This document shows, piece after piece, positions 50,954 to 59,137 of a DNA stretch of 64,000 nucleotides. The DNA is from an uncultured Chloroflexia bacterium (lineage in GTDB: Bacteria > Chloroflexota > Anaerolineae > Anaerolineales > UBA4823): the NCBI GenBank assembly GCA_963746255.1, contig CAVVAJ010000007.1:543616-607615 (forward strand), read 5' to 3'. The notes under the pieces were generated by a model, which saw only the letters and a list, made by a program, of their open reading frames with translations, had not been told where the DNA came from and searched no databases. Positions within the stretch are counted from its first letter, which is position 1. Each line of letters starts with the position of its first letter. The translations under genes and the position numbers were made by a program.

Positions 50954-51079
50954 TTAAAATATTGTTAGAATCTTACGATTTTGGCGATTTGATAGTGTTT
51001 GATAGCTTGTTATCCTTACACTAATGCTGCACCTTATTAGGTGGCTTGATAAATCGGTACTTAAGGAGTTTGAAAAAGA

Positions 51080-51499
51080 ATGGAAATCCCTCGACACTGG
51101 CGCTTACGAAAACAACGTTATAGTTTGGTTGGTGAAGTATGCCCGCATTGTGATGAAAAAATATTCCCACCGCGCGATGTCTGTCCCGAATGTGGTGGTG
51201 AAGCGAAGACCGAGTTCAATTTTAGTGGTCGCGGGGAAGTATATTCCTACACAACAGTATATGATGCCCCCGCTGGCTATGAAGATGTCGCTCCATACAT
51301 GGTTGCGATGGTTAAGCTGGCGGAAGGTCCCATGGTGACAGCTCAGCTAACCGATATCGACAACAAATCTGTCTCGATCGGGATGCCGGTTGAAATGGTC
51401 ACCCGCCGCTTGCGTTCTGATGGTGACGAACGCGGTCTCTTAGTATACGGGTATAAATTCAGACCCGTCCTACAGAGCCAAGCGAAAAATAGTCTTTGA
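51080..51499 (+). CDS. DUF35 Zn-ribbon/OB-fold protein (thiolase-HMGCS scaffold)
   Basis: CPHC..FPPRDVCPEC, GEVYSYT, AQLTD, IGMPVEMVTR, YGYKFRP. Confidence 0.92.
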   Translation: MEIPRHWRLRKQRYSLVGEVCPHCDEKIFPPRDVCPECGGEAKTEFNFSGRGEVYSYTTVYDAPAGYEDVAPYMVAMVKLAEGPMVTAQLTDIDNKSVSIGMPVEMVTRRLRSDGDERGLLVYGYKFRPVLQSQAKNSL

Positions 51500-52253
51500 C
51501 CATGAGCGGAGCAACAAAAGGCAGGGATGATCGTGAAATTAATTCCACCGTCATCAGCCAATGATCAACAAACCGGGCCAACCGATCATATAGCGTAAGC
51601 CTGCTTTGAAGTCTGTCCAGACGGTTGTTTTTTCTGCATCTACCGCATTTCGTTCTGGTTGGTGGACGTGGATGAAGAACAGCGGCAGGATGGCGAATAA
51701 AGCTGTGATCACATCAATGGATAGGATGCCCTGCATGGACAGCATTCCCAACAATAAGGCGCCCAACGGTGCAGCAACCACGTTCAGCCCACCTTCGAGC
51801 AGTTGGTTGAAGTCCCTGAATGCGAGTCAGGTGTTCGACCGGTACCATCAGGGAGGTGGAAGCGTGCATGGCGTTGGTGTGGAATGCGCCTGCCAAAGAG
51901 CGGATGAAGAGGATGACAAAAATATGCCAGACTTCGACAATATCCAACGCAAACAGAACTGCTAGAACGATGGTTGCCAGTGCCTCGATGCTATCGGCCA
52001 ATAACATAATCCGGCGACGATTCCAGCGGTCGACCAGGGTGCCTATGAACGGGCCGAGGACTACGTTGGGCAGCATACCGACCAGGGTGGCGGTCGCCAG
52101 CACAGTGGCTGAACCCGTCTGGACTGTCAGGTGCCAGATCAGAGCGAATTGCACCAGTTGGCTGCCTAGAATGGAAAGCGCCTGTCCACTCCAGATGGTG
52201 AAGAAAGTAGTTTTCCAGGGTTTGTTGTCTTGGACTGAAAATTGTGTTGTCAT
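51486..52253 (-). pseudogene. MFS transporter (MefA-like), frameshifted and 3'-truncated
   Basis: FFTIWSGQALSILGS, GTLVDRWNRRRIM; homology continues across frames (GLNVVAAPLG, GINFTIIPAF, LMVKDYF) and stops at about 51486. Confidence 0.8.
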
Positions 52254-52281
52254 GAGAGTACTCCTTACTTTTCATTTGAGG

Positions 52282-52326
52282 CCATCCTTGAGGGCAAGGA
52301 GCGCATCTCTTCGCCCTCAAGGATGG
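52282..52326. repeat. Perfect 14-bp inverted repeat / long intergenic hairpin
   Basis: CCATCCTTGAGGGC (52282-52295) ... GCCCTCAAGGATGG (52313-52326). Confidence 0.8.
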
Positions 52327-52402
52327 TTCCGGGAAACCGTTTCATCTCAACCGAGAATTATCCGGCTGTTGCGGAAAGCGATTATTTCGTATTTTCATCC
52401 GC

Positions 52403-53214
52403 TTAATAGGTTATTTCACTGTCTCGCTCTGGCATGAGAACCTCGGTAACGCCGGTTCCTTTTTTGAACATCGTACGCCGATTTAGAACAACGATGACCA
52501 CTGCCGCGAGTGCGAAAAGGAGGTTGTCCCAGGGTTGAGCATCGGGAAAGATGGGATTCATCATCTGAAAGTGATACAGGTAAGCGATCAACAGGCTGCC
52601 GCGAGGCGCTATTGAACATGGGAGTGAGGATGACGGAGAGAGCGATGACACCGCCAAAGATATGGCACGGCGGACCAGGAGCTATATTGAAGCCCACTCT
52701 ATCAGGAACGCAGGGATAGTGCCAGGCTGCGCAAATGATGCCCACGATTAAACCGGCCCAAAAGGGAGCCATCTTGCGCTGTAGCAGAGGCATGGCGATC
52801 CCTCGCCAGCCGAACTCCTCGAGTCGTACCCAGGAAAAAGGCATGCGCCAGCGCTGGAAATACCAGATACCAGGGGGAAAAGGGAAACGGATCGCTGAGG
52901 GTGCCATTCAATGCGGCGCCAAGGTAAGCGATGGCAGGAATGCCCAGGAGCAAGAACAACCACCACACCTTGGGCATCCGCCATAAGGTCAATCGCCGAA
53001 AGAAGCTGCCCAGCCCTTTCAGTCCGTAATTTCGCAAGACCAGGAATATGCCAACAATGCCGGGCGAATACACCGCGAGGATAAATAAGGGATTGCTTGA
53101 GCTGATCTCACCAAAGATTGCGACCATCTGGTCGGTGAAAAGGATCAGCAGTGCGGCGATCCCCCAGGTGAGCCCAAAAGTAAGGGTCAGGAACGGAACG
53201 AGATTGGTTTTCAT
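52403..53214 (-). pseudogene. CPBP/CAAX (Abi) intramembrane protease, multiple frameshifts
   Basis: EEFGWRG, AAWH and GSLLIAYLYH motifs are split among three overlapping ORFs (52702-53214, 52416-52907, 52403-52657); AGGAG RBS. Confidence 0.82.
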
Positions 53215-53232
53215 AATATTTTCTCCTGATAT

Positions 53233-53324
53233 TTGATAACGGATTTTGCTTCACGATATTGTCTCTTTCTTGGTTATTTTTGATGACGGATTTTTTGTTC
53301 ATGATTTTGTCTCCTTCTTGGTTG
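53233..53324 (-). repeat. Imperfect ~47-bp tandem duplication of an RBS + start-codon segment
   Basis: Minus strand AACCAAGAAGGAGACAAAATCATGAACAAAAAATCCGTCATCAA and AACCAAGAAAGAGACAATATCGTGAAGCAAAATCCGTTATCAA. Confidence 0.8.
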
Positions 53325-53341
53325 TTATTGACGATGGTTAC

Positions 53342-53400
53342 AGTTTATAGTTTTATGCGGCTTTTGTCCCCTATCGGAAGATAGGTTGGGAGGGTAGGTT
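53342..53400 (-). promoter_or_regulatory. Putative MalT-like operator plus promoter (module 3)
   Basis: Minus strand AACCTAC-N6-AACCTAT-N6-ATAGGGG-AC; -35 GGGACA, 17 bp, -10 TAAACT. Confidence 0.62.
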
Positions 53401-53404
53401 AAAT

Positions 53405-53429
53405 AAAAAAAGAGCCGTGAAAACGGCTC
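53405..53429 (-). terminator. Intrinsic terminator after MalT-like copy 3
   Basis: Minus strand GAGCCGT-TTTC-ACGGCTC followed by T7. Confidence 0.85.
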
Positions 53430-53451
53430 AAACTTGTTGGGAGTAGATGGC

Positions 53452-55540
53452 TTAAAAGCCCAATTCCCTGGCCCGTGCACTCGCCTGTGAACGATTACTG
53501 ACCCCCAGTTTCTGCAGAACGTTATGGACATGCCATTTGGCAGTCCCCACACTGATAAACAATTCGTCAGCGATTTCCTTGTTGGTTTTCCCCGCCACGA
53601 TCAAACCTAATACGCGCAATTCTTGCTCGCTGAGTGGGTCAGGTAATTGGTCGAGGGGCGAGGGAGGAGAATCGCTTCCAGCTTGCTGAATGCTCAGGAT
53701 AGCGTCCACAAGTTCGGGGGCGGCCTGACGCGCTTTTGGCAGCAAATCGAGGAGCGCTTCCCCTTCATCCAAAAAGATACGGATAAAACCTTCGGGTGCG
53801 GCCAATTCCAACGCTTGGGATAGCCAGTCTACGGCGGCTGGGATGTCTTTTTCGGCGCAATGGAGTAAGGCCATCAGAATCATGACCTCTATGCCGGTTC
53901 GAACGTGACCTTGAGCCTGCCCTTGCTTAAGCAGAGCATCCAGGATGGACGGCACATTTTCGCGATCGCTTGTTTTCAGCAGGATGCGCACAAGGGTCAG
54001 ATCCACGAATTCGTGCGTTTGCCCGACGCGGGCAGCCTGATATTCCAACGCCCATTGTGTTGCTGCCTCTTCTTGCCCCGTTAAGAGCTGCAGGTTTGCG
54101 ATGTGGGCTGCGGCGAGCATGGACAAGCGTTCCACCCCGAAGCCTTGTATGATCGTGTTCACTTCTTGGATGGCGTCAAAGGCATCCGATACGCGCCCTT
54201 GATAGGCGTGTACACGGGCGAGATAGGATAGCCCTAAAATCACGTCATCTATCAAGCCGCCTCGGCGGGATAACGCAATGCCATTTTCCAGAAATTCCTC
54301 GGCGGCGGAGAGATCGTTTCGCTCGAGGGCGATGCTGCCTAGAATAGACTCTGCCAAACCGAGTGGCGGTAATCGTTTGCCCCTTGCGATTTGTATCGCT
54401 TTTTGGCAGGCTTGTTCTGCTAAGCTTAATTGTCCCTGGCTGATCTGCACCTGTGCTGCGGCACAAAGCGAATGAATAACAAGGAAAAGTACCCCGGCAG
54501 ATTGCGCTTCTTCGCTTGATCTCAAATAGTTCTGCACGGCAAGCTTAGTTTGTCCGGAGAGTTCATATGCCAACCCAAGACTAGAAAATCCGCGTGCATG
54601 CTGCAAATGATGCTCTTGTGGAATTCGTTCCTGGGCAAAAGTGATCTTTTCGATGGCTTGTTGCGTATCCCCACGCACGGAGGCGATTGCACCGTGGTAC
54701 AACGATGCAAGTGCCAGCATTTGCTCTTTTTTAGGGGAGGTGGGCAGGGCGTGCAAGGTTTCCTCAGCCTGGTCAATTTGCTTTTCAGCGAGGTCAAAGC
54801 GCCCTAAAAGGTAGAGAATGTGCGAAGCGTTCAAACTCAATGCCGGGCGGTTTTGAAAGGCTTGTGGAGGGAGAGCATCCAGCCAGGTTGTATACAACGT
54901 CAGATTTCCACCCGACCAAATGGCGTCTTATTTTAATCCCCGATCGATGACATCCGCCAAAAGTTCATGATCGCCACTTGCGATGGCATATTGCACCGCT
55001 TCAGAGAGAAACTCATTCTTTTCGTCTCAGTCATTTGTCTGCGGGCCCTTAGACGTGCCAAAGGTAATGAGGGATCTGACGCGTGATGATAACCAGATGT
55101 GCCTGATGGGGTTGATGCTCGAGAAAGTATTCCAGCATCTCGTGAATGAGCAGGTTGGTGATGATATGGTAATCCTCAAGGACGAGGATGGTTGGCTCTT
55201 CAAGGCGGGCAAGGGCGTTGATGACTTCATCCAGAATATTTTGGAAAGGTGGGAGTTGCGGCGCGTCCAAAAGCTCCAGAATGTTATCCAGTTCAAAGTC
55301 ACTGATCCGATTCCAGGCGCTTACCCAGTAGGACAGGAAGCGTGCTGGCTCATTGTCGCTTTTTTCGAGAGATAGCCAGATATGCTGTGTTGATTCCGGA
55401 GAAGAGTTGAGCCAACTGGTTATTAGGCTGGTTTTCCCATAGCCGGCAGGTGCGGAGACCAGCGTCAGTTTTCGCTGTTCGATCAAACCTGCTTGCAGTT
55501 GGTCCAAAAGCCGTGGGCGTATTACGCCGTTCAGACCCAT
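53452..55540 (-). pseudogene. MalT-like STAND-LuxR activator (copy 3), disrupted
   Basis: APAGYGKTS and LVLEDYH in 55049-55540; frameshift at about 55078; about 0.5 kb internal deletion at about 55025 (QMTE|EKNEFLSEAV); in-frame TAA at 54928-54930; intact TPR + LuxR HTH in 53452-54897; N-terminal LLxTKL missing. Confidence 0.88.
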
Positions 55541-55602
55541 CCTGCAGAGCCACGCGCTAGCCGGCGACTAAAGTCGTAGTCCGAAAAATCCACAAACCAT
55601 TC

Positions 55603-55633
55603 ACCTCTCAGGAGTTTTCCTGGGAGGTTTTTT
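55603..55633 (+). terminator. Intrinsic terminator with no plus-strand gene upstream
   Basis: ACCTCTCAGGA-GTTT-TCCTGGGAGGT followed by a T run. Confidence 0.7.
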
Positions 55634-55891
55634 GTTGCCCTATTCAGCATAGAAATTTTTTTGAATCAGTAGATTTGCAACAAAGTGCCTCCTACCAATT
55701 AGCACCCTATCCGCCGTGAATCTCAAGCTGCAAATAGTGATCAAGCCATCTCCCGGTTGCTGTAAAATACAAGCGCGTTACGAAACCCACCAAGCTAAAA
55801 TGGAGCGATTTCCGGCCCGATTTTATGGAAGATAGGGGCAGGAAAATCGTCGCGATAATGCGGTGAATGTCAAACTAAATCTGGAGAGTAC

Positions 55892-56329
55892 CTAGGTTTT
55901 TAAATGCAGCACGAGAGCATGCAGAGCTACCAGATAAGACTGCCAGCCAAACCCGCTGATCTGACCGATACAAACCGGTGCGATGAGCGACGTGTGACGG
56001 AAGCTTTCACGGCTGCTGATATTCGAAAGATGGACTTCTATTACAGGGAGCGGAATTGCGGCAACGGCGTCGCGTAATGCTACCGATGTGTGTGTATAAC
56101 CACCCGGGTTGAAAATAACACCGTCAGCCCATGTTCGAGCTTCATGCAGTGCATCAATAAGCTCCCCTTCACTGTTCGATTGGAGTGTTCGTACTTCGAT
56201 ATTTTGTTCTATGCCAGCTTCCTGGAGCTGGCGATTGATCTCTTCCAAGGAAGTACTTCCGTAGATCGCGTTTTCACGCACTCCCAGCAGGTTCAGGTTC
56301 GGTCCATGCAGCACGAGTACTTTTTTCAT
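55892..56329 (-). CDS. aroQ: Type II 3-dehydroquinate dehydratase
   Basis: LHGPNLNLLG.RE..IYG, QSNSEG, NPGGYTHTSVALRDA, EVHLSNI..RE.FRH. Confidence 0.96.
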   Translation of the reverse strand: MKKVLVLHGPNLNLLGVRENAIYGSTSLEEINRQLQEAGIEQNIEVRTLQSNSEGELIDALHEARTWADGVIFNPGGYTHTSVALRDAVAAIPLPVIEVHLSNISSRESFRHTSLIAPVCIGQISGFGWQSYLVALHALVLHLKT

Positions 56330-56362
56330 CCGCACACCTCTTGTGGGGGTAATCCCCGTGGT

Positions 56363-57943
56363 TCAATCTCTTACGATAGACTCCCAATCTTTTACTTCAA
56401 CACCAAATTTAACTTCTCCGATCCGTACCGGCAGGGTAAACTGCACCTTACCTCCAGCCCGTTTTTTGTCAAAGCGGGTTGCTTCGATTATCTTTTCGCG
56501 GTCTAGACCTGTTGGGATCGATATGGGCAATTCCAGCTTTGTTAACGTCTGCTCAATTTGTCGAACAAAGCTCTCATCGGTCAGCCCGGCTAGCACGGAT
56601 AACTTAGCTGCCAGCACCATCCCGATCGCGACTGCCTCGCCATGCCGCACTTTGTAGTTAGAAACGGTTTCGATTGCATGCCCGATCGTGTGCCCGAGGT
56701 TGAGGTTCTTTCGCAGCCCCTGCTCATACGGATCAGATTGGATTACTTGGATCTTGACCGCCATCCCTCGCCGAACCAGTTGCCCGAGGTTGTCTTGGAT
56801 ATGCTCCCACCCTTTATCGCAGAAGCGGAAGAGCTCGGGGTCAGAAATCACGCCGTGCTTCACTACTTCAGCCAAACCGCTGCGTAATTCAGCTTTAGCC
56901 AGGGTCTTCAGTGTGAGCGGGTCGGCTAGCACCATGCGTGGGGAATGGAATGCGCCAATCAGGTTCTTTCCTTCTGGCAGGTCTGCTCCTGTCTTTCCCC
57001 CCAGACTGGCATCGACCATTGCGAGTAACGATGTCGGAAGTGTGACCCATCTCACACCCCTGAGGTACGTTGCGGCAGCAAACCCAGTTAGGTCCCCCAG
57101 GACACCTCCACCCAAGGCTACTACCGTACTACCGCGCTCGATTTTTCCGGCTAACAGCTGCGCCCAGATTGTATGCACCGTCGCGATAGTTTTATGTGCC
57201 TCTCCGGCCGGGATGATTATCTTTGTCACTTGATATCCTGCTGCCTGCAGGGAGTCCATAACGCTTTCCGCGTATAGTGGGGCGACATTTGTGTCACTTA
57301 CTAACCCCACCGGTCCGCGCATACCGCGCGATTTAATTAAACTGCCTACGAGCTGGATACCATCTTCGATAACACGCACATCATACGCCTCTCCCATTCC
57401 TCGTATCCGGAATGCTCCAAGTGCTTTCTGAGCTTCCCAGGCGATTTCCCTGCTGTTCCGGCCTAAAGTATCGAGCTGGTTGGGGAAAGAAGCGTAGTGG
57501 TCAGCCCGTTGGGCAATCAATTCGGATAGTTTTGATTCTAAATTCTCATTGAGCAGCGGGCGTTCTTCGTCAGCCGTCTGTAAGCGGGTTATCAAATCGT
57601 CTACAGACGCTGATAGGCATAAGATTTGACCACTCTCCTCAGCCGCTGCTCGATTTCCCGGATCCAACAGCGCACCTCCCCCAAGAGAAATTACTCCATG
57701 ACGGCGCGCTAAAAGTGACTTGAGCACATCTTGTTCGCGTCTCCGAAAACCCGCCTCACCATGTCTGCTAAAAATCTCTGGTATCGTTGCTTTACTGCGT
57801 AGCTCAATCTCGTGATCCAAATCCCAGAAAGGGAGTTCAAGCGCCTCAGCGAGTAGTCTTCCCACGCTGGATTTACCAGAACCAGGTGGCCCATACAGCA
57901 GTATCGGTGTGTCGCCGTAGGCTAGTTTATCCTTTATCATCAT
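56363..57943 (-). CDS. aroB: Bifunctional shikimate kinase / 3-dehydroquinate synthase (AroK-AroB fusion)
   Basis: N-terminal GPPGSGKS..GEAGFR..LGGG..RPLL; C-terminal GGGVLGD, PTSLLAMVDASLGGKTG, LNLGHTIGHA, HGEAVAIG. Confidence 0.94.
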   Translation of the reverse strand: MMIKDKLAYGDTPILLYGPPGSGKSSVGRLLAEALELPFWDLDHEIELRSKATIPEIFSRHGEAGFRRREQDVLKSLLARRHGVISLGGGALLDPGNRAAAEESGQILCLSASVDDLITRLQTADEERPLLNENLESKLSELIAQRADHYASFPNQLDTLGRNSREIAWEAQKALGAFRIRGMGEAYDVRVIEDGIQLVGSLIKSRGMRGPVGLVSDTNVAPLYAESVMDSLQAAGYQVTKIIIPAGEAHKTIATVHTIWAQLLAGKIERGSTVVALGGGVLGDLTGFAAATYLRGVRWVTLPTSLLAMVDASLGGKTGADLPEGKNLIGAFHSPRMVLADPLTLKTLAKAELRSGLAEVVKHGVISDPELFRFCDKGWEHIQDNLGQLVRRGMAVKIQVIQSDPYEQGLRKNLNLGHTIGHAIETVSNYKVRHGEAVAIGMVLAAKLSVLAGLTDESFVRQIEQTLTKLELPISIPTGLDREKIIEATRFDKKRAGGKVQFTLPVRIGEVKFGVEVKDWESIVRD

Positions 57944-59129
57944 TCAAGTTAGACTTTGGATCTGGCCAAAATTCGTGTGCTATCCGCTCCATTCTCATAT
58001 CAGCACTATTAGCCCGCACCAGCTTGCTGTAGCGCGGCAGCATTTCCTGCAGGGAATCGCCTCCAAGTTTATCGGTCAGGGCATCTGCCAGCACAAAGGC
58101 GACCACCGCCTCGATAATTGGTACTGCACGCGGCACCGGGCAATAATCCGAGCGCTCGTATTTTGTCAATGTTTCTGTCTCGGTCGCTAAATCGACTGTT
58201 TCCTGGGGGGTCAATGTTGTCGCGATGGGTTTCATCGCCGCTCGCACGATGAGCGGCATGCCATTTGTGATGCCACCCTCCAGGCCACCTGCCCGATTTG
58301 TAGGACGGGTTAGCTGCTGTCCGTTCAAGCGAATGGCGTCATGAACTTTTGTCCCTGGAAGGGCGCTGTTCTCAAATGCTGATCCAAACTCTACCCCCTT
58401 GATCGCTTGCACACTGAGCACTGCCGCGCCTAGACGTGCTTCTAGGCGGCGGTCCCAGTGGACATGGGAGCCTAGTCCCGGCGGCATTCCTAATGCGATC
58501 ACTTCGATAATCCCACCCAATGTGTCGTGCGCTTCCATGATCTCGCGGATATGGGCTTGCATAGCTGCCGCTGCAACCGGATCGGGACAGCGGACTGGGC
58601 TGCCCTCGGCTTGCGAGAATCGCTGGAGAACCGGGATTCCATCGACATCGGCCGTGATCTTGCCAATCGACGTCACATAACCACCAACCTGGATATCGAA
58701 CTGTGCCAGCAGTTGTTTGCAGATCGCGCCGATGGCTACCCGCGCGGCGGTCTCGCGCGCAGAGGCGCGCTCTAAAGCCGGCCGCAGATCGTTGTAGCCA
58801 TATTTAATCGCACCGGTCAGGTCTGCATGTCCTGGGCGTGGGGTGGTAAATGGCTCAACAGCTCTACCGCTCCATTTGGCGTGATCTCGATTGTCGATTG
58901 TCAAGGCTATAGGCGCACCAGTTGAGAGACCCTCCATTACACCGCTAACGATGGCTGCATGGTCGCTTTCAATTTTCATGCGCGGCCCAGCGCCGTAGCC
59001 GCGTTGGCGGCGGGATAATTCATGGTCGATGAGCTCGTCCGATATCGGCAGACCAGCTGGAAAACCCTCTAATATCGCGACAAGAGCCGCACCGTGGGAT
59101 TCCCCTGCTGTGAGAAATCTAATCGTCAT
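57927..59129 (-). CDS. aroC: Chorismate synthase
   Basis: TAGESHG, RRQRGYG, PRPGHAD, ERASARETAARVA, GGLEGGITNG, MKPIATT. Confidence 0.96.
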   Translation of the reverse strand: MTIRFLTAGESHGAALVAILEGFPAGLPISDELIDHELSRRQRGYGAGPRMKIESDHAAIVSGVMEGLSTGAPIALTIDNRDHAKWSGRAVEPFTTPRPGHADLTGAIKYGYNDLRPALERASARETAARVAIGAICKQLLAQFDIQVGGYVTSIGKITADVDGIPVLQRFSQAEGSPVRCPDPVAAAAMQAHIREIMEAHDTLGGIIEVIALGMPPGLGSHVHWDRRLEARLGAAVLSVQAIKGVEFGSAFENSALPGTKVHDAIRLNGQQLTRPTNRAGGLEGGITNGMPLIVRAAMKPIATTLTPQETVDLATETETLTKYERSDYCPVPRAVPIIEAVVAFVLADALTDKLGGDSLQEMLPRYSKLVRANSADMRMERIAHEFWPDPKSNLNDDKG

Positions 59130-59137
59130 GGTTGGAA

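Noticed and set aside
53108-53302. 64-aa ORF starting at the duplicated RBS
   Set aside because: It runs through the repeat and out of frame into the CAAX gene, so it is better explained as a by-product of the duplication.
55827-55836. GGAAGATAGG, identical to 10 bp of the module-3 operator, upstream of MalT copy 3
   Set aside because: An isolated match without the three-half-site geometry; chance cannot be excluded.
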